Source: a bacterium (GTDB lineage: Bacteria > Babelota > Babeliae > Babelales > UBA12409). From it: a stretch of 64,000 nucleotides of DNA. The stretch lies in assembly GCA_021823685.1 (NCBI GenBank), contig JAKANL010000006.1, forward strand, positions 233 to 64,232, given 5' to 3'. The position numbers and the translations under genes were made by a program. Below, piece after piece: positions 37,030-48,284 of the stretch. Under the pieces are notes generated by a model. The model was not told where the DNA came from. It did not search any database and worked only from the letters and a program-made list of their open reading frames with translations. The stretch's first letter is position 1, and each line of letters starts with the position of its first letter.

Positions 37030-39465
37030 ATGCGGATTATGGTTATGGTACGTAGGTTGGGGCGTCGGTTCACGTTATTATTTTTCTTAAGCTTGTTTGT
37101 CTGTGGCTTACGCGCTGCAACTGTTACGATCAATTACTCGCGCGATGGGTTGCGTGATATCGCGCTTCTTGGTAAATCGTGGAGGGTCTCAAAACTTATT
37201 TTTAAATCAGATGCGGCGGTGAGCCCAAGCCAATTGCGTTTGATTACCGGGTTGGATGAACACCGGATCATGGGTGCTCGCGATATTAAGAACGCCTGTT
37301 TCTATCTGGCGCAGCATGGTCGATTTAGGGATATTTGTATCAACGTAAGTGATGGCCGTTATGGTAAAGTGGTTATTGTTCAGGTGCGGGCAGAATGGCT
37401 TTTTGCGCAATTATTGCTATCAGGTGTTTGGTTTGGCAAAGACCGGATACGCAGGCACTATCTGATCAGTTCCGGAGAGTTGTTCGATTACGAAAAACAT
37501 GTGCAGTCTATCAAGCAACTATATCGTAACTATCATAAAAAGGGATATTTACACGTTCACATAGCCGACACCCTTATTCGTGATTTAAAACATAAAGCGA
37601 TGAGTGTCCGATTATACATATGCAAGGGCCAACGCTGTACGATCAAATCGATAAATATTTCTGGGAAATTGCCTGATGCGTGGCTCGAAGCCTTGCGTCT
37701 ATACGCACGGCGCAATTTGTTACATCGGGCATATCGATCGGCGCAAATAAGGCGTGTCAAAGCGCACATGCGACGATTGTTTGCACGGTGGGGATATCCC
37801 TTCGCCGTGATCAGTGCGAAGCGGGCGGTCGATCGAGGTGCCGTTATTTTGACGATTCGATCATCGGTAACCAAGTCTCAGCAACTTGCCTTGCATGGCA
37901 ATACCCACTTTACTGGCGAACAACTTATTACGTATGCCATGCGTGATGATGCCATACTTGAAGTGTTATCAGTGCCGCTCATCGTCCAGCAAATCGAAAA
38001 ATGGTACAAAGAGCATGGCTTTGCAGGTGTCAAGGTTTCGATTCGCCGTACTCAACAATGGCATATTGACATTGTTGAAGGAAATATTGGCGCGGTCGAT
38101 CATGTGGCATTGTTAGGGCCCGTGACGGATTCGGATAAAAAACTTTTCAATGACCCGCTGACCAGGCAGGCGCAACACGGCAAAAAAACACATGCGCTCT
38201 TTGGTCGAACCATCGTTACCGGTATGCCGCAGGTCGATACATTGCGTCTCCTGAGTGAAAATGCCTGTACTGAGGGCGAGCCATGGGATGCGCGGGCATT
38301 GGAAAAAACGTTTCAACGGCTCAAAGATTTGGGTGTTTTTAGTGATATTCGTATTCGGCCGGGAACGGCTAATGATGTTGACGGACGTACGCCGGTTATT
38401 ATTCATGCCGTTGCGGATGATCCTTTTGAAATACAGGCGCGTGTTGGGGGATTGATCGGTAATCGGGCGCGGAGCAGCACCTATATCATTGGGGGTACCG
38501 TACTCTGTAAAAATCCAACGGCTCATGCTGACATGGCAAAAATAGAAATCAACGCAACCAATATTTATCGCGACATTGTTGCGGGATATTATTATCCAGG
38601 CTTGGGCGGGTTTCCGCTACGCTTAAGCGCTGAAATTTTTGATAAGAAATTTGATCACTTATCATATGGCTCAAATCGATTTCCGTTATATAAAGCAAGC
38701 GAGTTTGGCGGGCGTTTCGGCCTGATACATCGCCAAGACGTGTGGAATACGGGCTGTATGTTTACGTTCTCAGGACAAAAAATTATGCACATATGTAAGA
38801 ACTATGCGCAGGCCATTTGCTTTGAACCGCGCTTGATTGGCGTGCGAGAGTTGTATGTGTTTTTAGAGCCCTACGCTAGTGCGGTTAATGTGGACGATAA
38901 GTTAGACCCTCGTTGTGGCTTTGCCAGTGCGCTCAAAACGACGGTGGCGCTTCCCTTGCGTGAGCGTGCCGTGTCATTTGTACGTGTGTTTTTTGAACAA
39001 ACTGCCTATGTTCCATGCGGTCGCCATGTTGTTATCGGATTGCGGGCTGCATACGGTAACATATTTGTAAAAAATATTCGGTGTTTATTGCCATCACAGC
39101 GTTTTTATTTGGGCGGGCCGGCGTCGGTGCGTAGTTACCAAGCCGAAGCTGTCGATCCCTCAGTATGCTATAACAGTGGGTCAGGGCAGTGTTGGGTGCC
39201 GCAGGGAAGCACGGGGATGGCGTTATTAAGCGGAGAGCTGCGATGTTCCCTGACATCTGATTTTAGCGTGGCGGCATTTCAGGATGTTGGTTTTCTAAAA
39301 AATGTACTTTGCAAAAAATGGTGCGTGGCGAGTGCGACAGGTTTTGGATTGCGCTATGCAACGCGTATTGGGCCGATACGTTTTGATATTTCATGGAAAG
39401 CGCATCAAAGCCGTGTCGACCAGTCGCCATTTGCGTGGTTTCTCACGATAGGACATGCTTTTTGA
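37030..39465 (+). CDS. Omp85 (BamA/TamA) family outer membrane protein
   Basis: POTRA-like N-terminus; RFYLGG..SVRSY, GFGLRY.T.IGPIRFD, terminal GHAF. Confidence 0.88.
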   Translation: MRIMVMVRRLGRRFTLLFFLSLFVCGLRAATVTINYSRDGLRDIALLGKSWRVSKLIFKSDAAVSPSQLRLITGLDEHRIMGARDIKNACFYLAQHGRFRDICINVSDGRYGKVVIVQVRAEWLFAQLLLSGVWFGKDRIRRHYLISSGELFDYEKHVQSIKQLYRNYHKKGYLHVHIADTLIRDLKHKAMSVRLYICKGQRCTIKSINISGKLPDAWLEALRLYARRNLLHRAYRSAQIRRVKAHMRRLFARWGYPFAVISAKRAVDRGAVILTIRSSVTKSQQLALHGNTHFTGEQLITYAMRDDAILEVLSVPLIVQQIEKWYKEHGFAGVKVSIRRTQQWHIDIVEGNIGAVDHVALLGPVTDSDKKLFNDPLTRQAQHGKKTHALFGRTIVTGMPQVDTLRLLSENACTEGEPWDARALEKTFQRLKDLGVFSDIRIRPGTANDVDGRTPVIIHAVADDPFEIQARVGGLIGNRARSSTYIIGGTVLCKNPTAHADMAKIEINATNIYRDIVAGYYYPGLGGFPLRLSAEIFDKKFDHLSYGSNRFPLYKASEFGGRFGLIHRQDVWNTGCMFTFSGQKIMHICKNYAQAICFEPRLIGVRELYVFLEPYASAVNVDDKLDPRCGFASALKTTVALPLRERAVSFVRVFFEQTAYVPCGRHVVIGLRAAYGNIFVKNIRCLLPSQRFYLGGPASVRSYQAEAVDPSVCYNSGSGQCWVPQGSTGMALLSGELRCSLTSDFSVAAFQDVGFLKNVLCKKWCVASATGFGLRYATRIGPIRFDISWKAHQSRVDQSPFAWFLTIGHAF

Positions 39466-39585
39466 TTTTTTGCCGTTGTTATGCTTATTTACGCGCTTGA
39501 AAATCATAAAGTTTTTTTTGCCTTATTCTTCAAATGCCGTATATTGAAAAATGTATTTTTCAAGTCTCCTTGCTGAAGGGTGCGA

Positions 39586-40287
39586 ATGGGACAATCGTGT
39601 TGTCAGGGGCCACATTGTTGTGATAGTAAGCAAAAGCATACGTTGTTTGACGAATTGGTTTGTCATTTTCCGTATGCCGTGTTGTCTTTGGCTGTTGGTT
39701 TTATTATTTTGAGCACTCTGACGGTATTTATCGGGTCAGCGCAACAGGCGTGTGATGCATTTTATCGTTTATTTCATACGTGTCACTTTATGCATATTGT
39801 TTTTGCTGCTGCCGGAACCGTTTTGGCTTTTTTGCGTTATTCACGCAGTTGGTGGCGAGCGTTTGTGGTTGGTCTCATTGCACCAGCCATTTTTTGCGTT
39901 CTTTCGGATATTGTGTTGCCATACATCGGGGGAAGAATGCTGGGGGTTCCCATGCGTCTTCATATTTGTTTTGTGTGTGAATATACGAGCATAAGTATTT
40001 TTTTGCTCGTTGGCATTTTAACTGGTTTTGCACTTAAGTTTCATGTAGATCAAGCTCACGGGCCATCGGTTTTTAGTGGATGGCTTCATTTTGGGCATAT
40101 TTTGTTGAGCTCATTGGCGTCCATGTTCTATCTTGTTTCGCATGGATTTTTTCAATGGGATACCGTAATGGGTGTAGTGTATATTATGTTGATAATTGCT
40201 GTCGTTGTACCGTGTACGCTGTCTGATGTCGTGGTACCGATTTTGGTAGCAAAGATGGGCAAAAAGGATGAACGCGATACGTTTTGA
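39586..40287 (+). CDS. His/Cys-rich membrane protein (possible metal transporter)
   Basis: 6-7 TM; H..HF.H, C.LSD.V.P twice (internal duplication). Confidence 0.7.
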   Translation: MGQSCCQGPHCCDSKQKHTLFDELVCHFPYAVLSLAVGFIILSTLTVFIGSAQQACDAFYRLFHTCHFMHIVFAAAGTVLAFLRYSRSWWRAFVVGLIAPAIFCVLSDIVLPYIGGRMLGVPMRLHICFVCEYTSISIFLLVGILTGFALKFHVDQAHGPSVFSGWLHFGHILLSSLASMFYLVSHGFFQWDTVMGVVYIMLIIAVVVPCTLSDVVVPILVAKMGKKDERDTF

Positions 40288-41353
40288 ACGGGTAAGTAAG
40301 CGATACGTTTCTGAAGAAGTAATTAACGATCTTGACTTGGTGATTCCACAAGGCAAGTTTTTTGCTCTGTTGGGGCCAAGTGGATGTGGCAAAACCACAA
40401 TTCTTCGTTTGATCGGTGGTTTTGAGCATCCTGATGCCGGGCATATTTTTATCGAGGAACAAGACGTGACCGATGTTCCCATTAATAAGAGGCGCGTTAA
40501 CACGGTTTTTCAGCAGTATGCATTGTTTCCGCACCTGAATGTCTTTGATAATGTTGCCTATGGGCTCGTCATTAAGGGGGTTGCGCGTGAAGAAATTAGT
40601 CAGCGCGTTGCACGTGTTTTGCATAAAGTTCACTTGGAAAAACATGCGAGCAAACGCATAGATCAACTTTCAGGTGGGCAACAGCAGCGCGTGGCATTGG
40701 CTCGTGCCATTATTAACGAACCCAAAGTTTTATTGCTTGACGAGCCATTGGCGGCTCTTGATCGATCACTTAAAGAGCGCATGCTTGTCGAGCTTATCGA
40801 GTTGCAATCAGAACTTCAAACAACCTTTGTGTATGTAACGCATGACCCATCAGAGGCTTTGGCGCTTGCTGATCAAATGGCAATCATGAATGAAGACGGT
40901 ATTGTTGAACAAGTTGGTACGCCTAAAGAAGTCTATGAGTTTCCTGAAACGTCTTTTGTTGCGCAATTCGTCGGTAAAACTAATTTGCTTCAGGGAACGC
41001 TTGCGCAAGATCAGGCGTGGACGTTGCAGGTGCCGCATGTTGGCGAGCTTCAGGTTGCCGTTGATTCAGCCAAACCGTGGGCGCAGCCGGGGTACAATGC
41101 ATTATTGAGCGTCAGGCCAGAAAAAATTGAGATTAATAAAACCGAACAAGTCGGGTTTGCAAATCATGTCGTTGGTATTGTTGACGCTCTTATTTACCAT
41201 GGAAGAGCAACCGAGTATTTGGTTAAAGTTGGCGATCGTATTTTAACCGTGTTCGAGCAAAATGAAGATCATTTTTCGCGCGATGCAATAGCCGAAGGCG
41301 ATGCGGTTCATTTGTACTGGCAAAGGGAAAATGCCGTCGTATTGGGGGTTTAG
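40268..41353 (+). CDS. potA: Spermidine/putrescine ABC ATPase
   Basis: GPSGCGKT, VNTVFQQYALFPH, LSGGQQQR, TOBE tail. Confidence 0.9.
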   Translation: MNAIRFERVSKRYVSEEVINDLDLVIPQGKFFALLGPSGCGKTTILRLIGGFEHPDAGHIFIEEQDVTDVPINKRRVNTVFQQYALFPHLNVFDNVAYGLVIKGVAREEISQRVARVLHKVHLEKHASKRIDQLSGGQQQRVALARAIINEPKVLLLDEPLAALDRSLKERMLVELIELQSELQTTFVYVTHDPSEALALADQMAIMNEDGIVEQVGTPKEVYEFPETSFVAQFVGKTNLLQGTLAQDQAWTLQVPHVGELQVAVDSAKPWAQPGYNALLSVRPEKIEINKTEQVGFANHVVGIVDALIYHGRATEYLVKVGDRILTVFEQNEDHFSRDAIAEGDAVHLYWQRENAVVLGV

Positions 41354-41354
41354 C

Positions 41355-42209
41355 ATGCGCGCACTAAAAGAGCGGTTTATTTCGCATATCAATTATTTTT
41401 TTTCAGTTCCCGCGTTGCTTTGGCAGGTGCTTTTTTTATGGTTGCCACTGCTTTTTGTGGTGATCGCTAGCATGATGACGCGCAATTCGGGACTGACCTT
41501 TTCTTTTTATACAACGTTGTTGACGGGTGCACATGCACGCGTTATTTTTCGCTCGTTGACTCTTGCACTGTTTAACGCATGTTTGTGCCTTTTGGTGGCC
41601 TATCCGGTTGCTTATTTTATTTCGTTTCGCACCGAGCGTTGGAAAAATATTTTTGTGTTTTTATTGACGCTGCCATTTTGGGTAAATTTTTTAGTGCACG
41701 TTTACGCCTGGTTCTTTATTTTGGAACGCGATGGCTTGCTTAATCGGTTTCTGCTCTCGCTCCGCATTATCAGCGAGCCGCTGCACGTGGTGAATTCGGT
41801 ATTTGCGGTTTCGCTGGTTATGTTTCAGGTATATTTACCGTTTATGATTTTGCCGCTTTACGTTATTTTTGAAAAGTTTGATTTGCGCCTCATCGAGGCA
41901 TCTCTTGATTTGGGGGCCGATCGGCGGCAGACATTTCGGAAAATTACTTTTCCTCTGACGTTGTCGGGTGCCAAACTCGGATTCTTTTTAGTTCTGGGGA
42001 TGTCGTTTGGCGAATTTATTATTCCGCAGTTGCTTAATGGGAGCAAGTCGCTTTTTGTTGGTACATTGATATCGGATTATTTCGTGGTGAGTCGCGAATT
42101 TTCAGTCGGGTCAGCCTTTACGTGCTTGAGTGCGCTTGTGTTGGGCGCTCTTATGATCGTGTGTTTATTCATATTTAAGGCACTTGAGCGTAGTGCGCGG
42201 GAGTGGTGA
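41355..42209 (+). CDS. potB: Spermidine/putrescine ABC permease
   Basis: AYPVAY, LPFW, YLPFMILPLY, IEASLDLGA. Confidence 0.9.
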   Translation: MRALKERFISHINYFFSVPALLWQVLFLWLPLLFVVIASMMTRNSGLTFSFYTTLLTGAHARVIFRSLTLALFNACLCLLVAYPVAYFISFRTERWKNIFVFLLTLPFWVNFLVHVYAWFFILERDGLLNRFLLSLRIISEPLHVVNSVFAVSLVMFQVYLPFMILPLYVIFEKFDLRLIEASLDLGADRRQTFRKITFPLTLSGAKLGFFLVLGMSFGEFIIPQLLNGSKSLFVGTLISDYFVVSREFSVGSAFTCLSALVLGALMIVCLFIFKALERSAREW

Positions 42210-42211
42210 AT

Positions 42212-42982
42212 ATGCGTGTGAATAATATACGGCTTGCATCGATCGTTGGCGCGGTTTATTTATTTCTTTATTTGCCGATTTTGGTGCTTATTGTTTTTTC
42301 ATTCAACGATGGCATTTCTTCATATGAATGGCGTGGTTTTACACTTCGTTGGTACCACGAACTTATCTTAAATAGTGAAATATGGAGTGTTTTGCGTAAT
42401 TCACTCATCGTTGCTTTTTCGGCGACCGTTTTGAGTCTGATATTGGGAACGATGGTCGTATACGGCTTGCAGCAAAAGCTTGATCGTATGGTACAGTTTT
42501 TTTATCTGCCCATTTTGGTTCCCGAAATTGTATTATCAGTTGGGTTTTTATATCTTTTTTCGTTTTTGCGTATACCCATGGGGTTACCAACGCTCATTGC
42601 GGCCCATACGTTGCTTGGGTTGGCGTTTGTTGTTCCATTGGTGCATGCGCGCTTTGCTGAAATGGACAAAAATCTTGTTGAAGCTTCGCTCGATTTGGGA
42701 GCGTCTCAATGGCAGACGTTTGCTAAAGTAGTTGTTCCATTTTTGGCCCCCGCATTATTTTCAGCTGGATTACTTGCATGGATTATTTCATTTGACGATT
42801 TTCTTATTTCTTTTTTCTGCGCAGGAAGTTCGTCGCAAACATTACCCCTGTATTTATATGCAAAAATTCGTGTGGGAATGTCGCCACTAATCAATGTTCT
42901 TTCGGCGGTTACGTTGTTTTCTAGCTGCGGTCTTGTAGTGATTTATTCTTACATGCGGTCAAAAACGGAAGATTTGATATGA
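42212..42982 (+). CDS. potC: Spermidine/putrescine ABC permease
   Basis: FLYLPI..FSFN, GFTLRWY, EASLDLGA, SFDDF. Confidence 0.9.
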   Translation: MRVNNIRLASIVGAVYLFLYLPILVLIVFSFNDGISSYEWRGFTLRWYHELILNSEIWSVLRNSLIVAFSATVLSLILGTMVVYGLQQKLDRMVQFFYLPILVPEIVLSVGFLYLFSFLRIPMGLPTLIAAHTLLGLAFVVPLVHARFAEMDKNLVEASLDLGASQWQTFAKVVVPFLAPALFSAGLLAWIISFDDFLISFFCAGSSSQTLPLYLYAKIRVGMSPLINVLSAVTLFSSCGLVVIYSYMRSKTEDLI

Positions 42983-44058
42983 ATGGTCGCGTTGCCAATA
43001 TTGCCATATACGTAGGAATTCCGCTGGTATGGGCGGGATTAATTATTGCATTTTTATATAGTTCATACGTGACGCAATTTTACCGAGAAAAAGAAAAAGC
43101 GATAAGTGTTTTTATGTGGTCTGACGTTATTCCACAGCGTTTAATTGCGCAGTTTGAGCAGGAAACCGGTATTAAAGTCCATCTTAATTATTATGAGGGT
43201 AATGATGAGATGATGACCAAGCTCGAATTCAGCCAGGGCGCCGGGTATGATATTATTATGCCGAGTCACTACATGTTACGGCAGTTGGTGAGAGATGGGC
43301 ATCTCAAACGGATTGATAAAAAGCGTTTACCGTTCATCTCTTTTCTTGATAAACGTTCTTTTAATTGTTTTGTCGATCCAGACAGTGATTATGCGGTTCC
43401 ATTTCTGTGGGATGTTTATGGGCTGGGAATTGATTCGACGTTTTTTCAGGGTAAAGCATTCGAGCCAAGTTGGGAATTGCTCTATAAGCCTCGTTATGCT
43501 TATCGCGTTGCTATGACTGATGAACCGCGTGAAATTATTGCCGTCGCCGCGCAATATCTTTTTGGTCGCGTCTGCACGTTGGATAGCGATCAACAACGAT
43601 TGGTTAAGCAGCTGCTTATTGACCAGAAAAAGTATGTTGAAGCGTATACTGATCTTACGTTAGATTTGCTTTTAACTTCTAAAACGTGTCCGGTTGTTTT
43701 TGGACCAAGTGCTTCAATTTATCGTGCACGAAAACGAGCACCATGGGTGCGCTTTGTGCTGCCGCGTGAAGGAACGGTAAGCGTTATGGAAAGCTTTGCT
43801 ATTTCGGCACACAGCTCAAAAGATGATTATGTGTACGCTTTTCTTAATTTTATGTATCAACGAGAAGCGCAAAAAGCGATCTTCGATGATTTTGGTTATC
43901 TGCCATGCGATACGCGTGTGTTGCCACATTTGGACTTGTCTCATTTGGGTGGGGCAGAGGCGTTGAATAGTGTGTACGTGCGCAATATCCACCTTATTGC
44001 ACCACTGATGCCGCGCAAACAACTTGTGCAGTTATGGTTGTCGATTAAGGCGTATTAA
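42979..44058 (+). CDS. potD: Spermidine/putrescine-binding protein
   Basis: WSD, FEQETGIKV, YDIIMPS, PREG. Confidence 0.88.
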   Translation: MNGRVANIAIYVGIPLVWAGLIIAFLYSSYVTQFYREKEKAISVFMWSDVIPQRLIAQFEQETGIKVHLNYYEGNDEMMTKLEFSQGAGYDIIMPSHYMLRQLVRDGHLKRIDKKRLPFISFLDKRSFNCFVDPDSDYAVPFLWDVYGLGIDSTFFQGKAFEPSWELLYKPRYAYRVAMTDEPREIIAVAAQYLFGRVCTLDSDQQRLVKQLLIDQKKYVEAYTDLTLDLLLTSKTCPVVFGPSASIYRARKRAPWVRFVLPREGTVSVMESFAISAHSSKDDYVYAFLNFMYQREAQKAIFDDFGYLPCDTRVLPHLDLSHLGGAEALNSVYVRNIHLIAPLMPRKQLVQLWLSIKAY

Positions 44059-44937
44059 TTTAAGTTCTTCGGCATAAAAAATAACAAGTCCGGCAAAGGT
44101 TATTGCACTGGCCAATAGAAAACTTGCATATAACTTTTCGTTGAGAAACAGCCAGCCGAAAAGATAGACAAAGAGCGGAGTGGAAAAACCTGCCAGTGAG
44201 ACAAACGTTGCCGAGTGATGTTTAAGTAAGTAGCTGTACAGCGAATAACCAATAACATTGCCTACGATGGTGGTGTGTATAAATAATAAAACCATGCCCA
44301 GTGTCCAGGAGACCTCGAAAGCCGCTGGAGATACCATAACCGTTAATCCGAGTGCGTAAACGCCTGCCAGCAGCATACAAAGCCCATTAATTTCTTTTAT
44401 GCTAAACAAATGCGACTTAAGTACTTGCTGTACTTTTATCCATCCAAACCGGCTGATGCATACCGACGCCAATGCTGCCCCTTCCGCGCATGAGAGCCGC
44501 CCCAAAAGCGAGCACGTTGCATCGCTGTGCGTAACGATGAGCACGATATTGCCGGCAATGCCCAGTAAAATGCCAAGCCACTTATACGGTGTCATTCGGT
44601 CATTTAAGAGAAAATATGCGTAAATGGCCGTTAGGAATGGATCGAGACTTCCAATAAAAGCGACCGTTGATGAATCCGTGTGTTTAAGCGCGTATGCTTT
44701 TAAGATAGCCGGTAAAAACGTGGCAAAAGACGCGAGAATGATTAAATAGGGCCAATGAGCTAAGATGCGCCGCACAAAATCGGTTTTTTTTGCCCAAAAA
44801 GCCATGGCGAGCAAAATAATGCTTGCGGCAAGCATGCGAATGCCCACAAGAAAATTGGAATCAAGCGTTTGCAGCAGCGCTTTATTTGCGGTTATGCCAC
44901 TGGCAAGAAACATGAACGGAAATATATAGTCAAACAT
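44032..44937 (-). CDS. DMT/EamA family transporter
   Basis: About 10 TM with two EamA halves (P.F...LNE). Confidence 0.85.
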   Translation of the reverse strand: MFDYIFPFMFLASGITANKALLQTLDSNFLVGIRMLAASIILLAMAFWAKKTDFVRRILAHWPYLIILASFATFLPAILKAYALKHTDSSTVAFIGSLDPFLTAIYAYFLLNDRMTPYKWLGILLGIAGNIVLIVTHSDATCSLLGRLSCAEGAALASVCISRFGWIKVQQVLKSHLFSIKEINGLCMLLAGVYALGLTVMVSPAAFEVSWTLGMVLLFIHTTIVGNVIGYSLYSYLLKHHSATFVSLAGFSTPLFVYLFGWLFLNEKLYASFLLASAITFAGLVIFYAEELKLIRLNRQP

Positions 44938-45036
44938 ATGTTTTTTCGGTGATTTTTTTGAAATATCCTATTTAATTTAGCAGATTTTTACGGTATTCTG
45001 AAATTTATACGAGATGTGCTTTTTGCTGGGGTACCT

Positions 45037-46941
45037 ATGAAAAAAAATGAACACGCTTTTTATGTTACCACGCCGATTTATTACGGAAGTGGGCATCCGC
45101 ATTTAGGGTCGCTTTATTCAACGTTACTTGCTGATGTTGTTGCGCGTTGGCGTGTGCTTAATGGCGATGAAGTCTTCTTTTTGACCGGGACTGACGAGCA
45201 TGGGCAAAAAATTGCCGAAACCGCACAAAAGCTTGGTAAAACACCGCAGCAATTAGTTGACGAATTTGCCGATTCATATAAACGCATGTGGCATTCGTAC
45301 GATATCGTGTATAACAAATTTATTCGTACCACAGATGATGAGCACAAAAAAGCCGTTATTGCGCTTACACGCTTGCTCATGAAAAAGGGCGACATTTATA
45401 AAGGTGAATACAGCGGTTGGTATTGCACGCCGTGTGAAACGTTTGTGCCCAGCCAAGCACAAAAAGAGCAAGCAGGTCCGGTGTGCCCATCGTGTGGGCG
45501 CGCAACCGTTTATGTTTCAGAGCCCTGTTATTTCTTCAAGTTATCAGCGTATCAAGATCGATTGTTGCAATTTTTCCGCCAGCATCCCGATTTTGTGTAT
45601 CCCAAAGAACGATTAAACGAAGTGATTTCTTTTGTTGAATCCGGGCTCAAAGACTTGAGTATTTCACGCTCCACGGTCAAATGGGGAATTCCATTTCCCG
45701 ATGACCCTGAACACGTTATTTATGTGTGGCTTGATGCTTTAACGAATTATATTGCTGCCGTCGGTTATGGTGATGCGCGGCGCACTGACGAGTTTGAAAA
45801 GTGGTGGCCAGCCGATGTGCATGTCATGGCAAAAGACATTGTGCGTTTTCATAGTGTGTATTGGATTGCCTTTTTAATGGCGGCCGAGTTGCCGTTGCCT
45901 AAGCATTTGTTAGTTCATGGCTGGATTACTGTTGATGGCCAAAAAATGTCAAAATCACGCGGTAATGTGGTCGATCCGAAGACCCTTCGTGATTTGTATG
46001 GCGTTGATGGCGTGCGCTATTATTTGGCCACGCGTCTGGCGGTTACCCAAGATGCGGCTTTTAGTATTGCTGATTTGGAGCATGTTATTTCGCAAGATTT
46101 GGCCAACGAACTGGGCAACCTACTTAATCGTATGCTCGTCTTAGCGGAAAAATATGACATGCGGCACATTACCACCTTTAAAGACCTTGCGCCCGAATCG
46201 CAGGAATTGCACCGAGCGTGTGGACTGATGGTTGAAAGTGCCGATGCATATTTACGTACGTACCAATTCCATTTGGCATATGCTCAGGTTAAGCGTTTCA
46301 TTGCACAGGTTAATGCCTACGTTCATGCGCGCGAGCCGTGGGTTCAGGCAACAATCGATCGCGATGCATTTGCGCAAACACTGAGCATGGTGTGCCACAG
46401 TTTGTACGCCGTTGCGCACATGTTGTGGCCGGTAATGCCGAAAAGTATGGAAACGTTGATCGCCGCTTTGGGCAAACAGCTCTTGAAAAACGCTCAGTTA
46501 CAGGATGTCCTTTGCGTTTGGGATCAGGCGTTTGACTGTGCGCCTATTGCGCCGCTCTTCAAAAAAGTCGAAGGGACATTTGACGCCATGCTGAAAAAAG
46601 AAGAACCAACCGTTGATCTGATTGATATTGCTGATTTTGCCAAAGTACATTTGGCTGTGGGCACGATTTTGCAGGCTGAAGCGGTTGCCGGGTCAGATAA
46701 ATTACTTAAAATGCAGGTTGATTGTGGGCAATATGGCGCGCGTACCATTTTGGCCGGCATCAAACCGTATTTTGAACCTGAGGTACTTGTTGGCAAACAG
46801 GGTATTTTTGTCGTTAACCTTAAACCGCGCAAGCTCATGGGAATCGAATCCCAGGGCATGACGCTGACTGCTGGCGATGGCAAAGAATTCGCCCTTCTTG
46901 CGCCATCAGTGTGTGTGGCGAATGGAACACGAATAAAATAG
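45037..46941 (+). CDS. metG: Methionine--tRNA ligase with C-terminal tRNA-binding domain
   Basis: TTPIYY..HLG, TGTDEHG, KDIVRFH, KMSKS, NLKPRKLMGIESQGM. Confidence 0.95.
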   Translation: MKKNEHAFYVTTPIYYGSGHPHLGSLYSTLLADVVARWRVLNGDEVFFLTGTDEHGQKIAETAQKLGKTPQQLVDEFADSYKRMWHSYDIVYNKFIRTTDDEHKKAVIALTRLLMKKGDIYKGEYSGWYCTPCETFVPSQAQKEQAGPVCPSCGRATVYVSEPCYFFKLSAYQDRLLQFFRQHPDFVYPKERLNEVISFVESGLKDLSISRSTVKWGIPFPDDPEHVIYVWLDALTNYIAAVGYGDARRTDEFEKWWPADVHVMAKDIVRFHSVYWIAFLMAAELPLPKHLLVHGWITVDGQKMSKSRGNVVDPKTLRDLYGVDGVRYYLATRLAVTQDAAFSIADLEHVISQDLANELGNLLNRMLVLAEKYDMRHITTFKDLAPESQELHRACGLMVESADAYLRTYQFHLAYAQVKRFIAQVNAYVHAREPWVQATIDRDAFAQTLSMVCHSLYAVAHMLWPVMPKSMETLIAALGKQLLKNAQLQDVLCVWDQAFDCAPIAPLFKKVEGTFDAMLKKEEPTVDLIDIADFAKVHLAVGTILQAEAVAGSDKLLKMQVDCGQYGARTILAGIKPYFEPEVLVGKQGIFVVNLKPRKLMGIESQGMTLTAGDGKEFALLAPSVCVANGTRIK

Positions 46942-46962
46942 GTATTATTTGGGGATGACATC

Positions 46963-47595
46963 ATGAAAAAATATACGTTGTTTATTGTTGTTGGCATGTT
47001 TGCACCGTTGTACGGTATGCAATCGCAGGTTACTTCTTGCGGGACGTACAATCCCGGGCGCGATGTAGGCGACTTTTTGGTACAAAATATTGCCAACTAC
47101 GAATGCATTGCGTGGGCATTGCTAAGGGGAGCCAAGGTTAATGTGGGCCCTGGCGATCGGCTGCTTGAAAAGGCGGTGCATCAAGAAAACTTTCTCTCGG
47201 TTATCGCCCTGCTTTTGGGCGGTGCCAATCCGGATATTCTTGAGTGCAAAGCCGGCGGGCACGGTGGGTATACGCTGCGCGAAGTGAGTTATGCTTTGAG
47301 ACCCCATTCTTCCGACGCTGATTTGATTTGGCAGGTACTTCGGAATTTTGTGCGGCCCGGTGATTTGTATCGTACGATTGAGGAGTACAAAAAATTGGGT
47401 GTCCAAGAAATTAAAGCAACGTTAATTGTAATGAAGACGCAGCGTGTCATTTCAGTGTTTGAGCGACTGAAAAATGACGGCGACTTCTTCTTTCTTGAAA
47501 ATCGCACCTATTACTTTATACCGCGACAATCGGAGAACCCGTGGACTACGGGAATACTTGAGTGTGAACCATTCAGATGCGCGATGGCCGAATAA
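46963..47595 (+). CDS. Secreted ankyrin-like protein
   Basis: Signal peptide; WALLRGAKVN, VIALLLGGANPD. Confidence 0.75.
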   Translation: MKKYTLFIVVGMFAPLYGMQSQVTSCGTYNPGRDVGDFLVQNIANYECIAWALLRGAKVNVGPGDRLLEKAVHQENFLSVIALLLGGANPDILECKAGGHGGYTLREVSYALRPHSSDADLIWQVLRNFVRPGDLYRTIEEYKKLGVQEIKATLIVMKTQRVISVFERLKNDGDFFFLENRTYYFIPRQSENPWTTGILECEPFRCAMAE

Positions 47596-47611
47596 AACCG
47601 GGATTTTGTCT

Positions 47612-48280
47612 ATGAACAAAGATACATTGTTGATTATTTTTTGCGCTTTTGCGTCGCTGCGCGCGATGGAACCGGAGGCTCCCCTCGGGTTTTTGTTAGC
47701 GCGTTATCGTGCGCGGGCGGTCAATGCCTATTTAGAAGAGCACATTTGTGATCATGAAATTGTGATTAGGGCGTTGCTGTGCGGGGCCGATGTTAACGCT
47801 CGTTCTTCCATGGGGTATCATATGATTAATCAGGCCATTTATTCTCGCAGTTTGTCCGGAGTTATTGCGCTTCTTTATGGTGGGGCGGATATCGAAAAGG
47901 CGGATTTTTCGCCGTTAGTTACCGTGGTAAACGGCGTGATGTGCCATCGGACTTTTTTGCCGCTGGATTGGGCTACATGGCTCAGGAAGAGTGGTTCGAC
48001 TTCGCGTATCATTTGGCATTTGATGAGAACATATCAGAAACCACAAGATCTGAATCGTACCAAAAAAGATTATGAGCTCTTGGGTGTTTCCGATGAAGAT
48101 GCGGTGCTTCTCGTGGAGACGACGCAAAAAGTCGTGGTCGATTTTAAACGCTTAAAACGTGAGCATGCCGACGATATTTCTGCGGCCTCCTTCGGCGAAC
48201 TTGCGAGCGCTATTGTTTCTGCCCAGGAGGGAAGGGCGGTTTTGAGTGGGGTATCCGGTGCGGTTACGCCTGAAAGGTGA
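47612..48280 (+). CDS. Secreted ankyrin-like protein
   Basis: Signal ..LRA-ME; ALLCGADVN, VIALLYGGADIE. Confidence 0.75.
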   Translation: MNKDTLLIIFCAFASLRAMEPEAPLGFLLARYRARAVNAYLEEHICDHEIVIRALLCGADVNARSSMGYHMINQAIYSRSLSGVIALLYGGADIEKADFSPLVTVVNGVMCHRTFLPLDWATWLRKSGSTSRIIWHLMRTYQKPQDLNRTKKDYELLGVSDEDAVLLVETTQKVVVDFKRLKREHADDISAASFGELASAIVSAQEGRAVLSGVSGAVTPER

Positions 48281-48284
48281 TGCG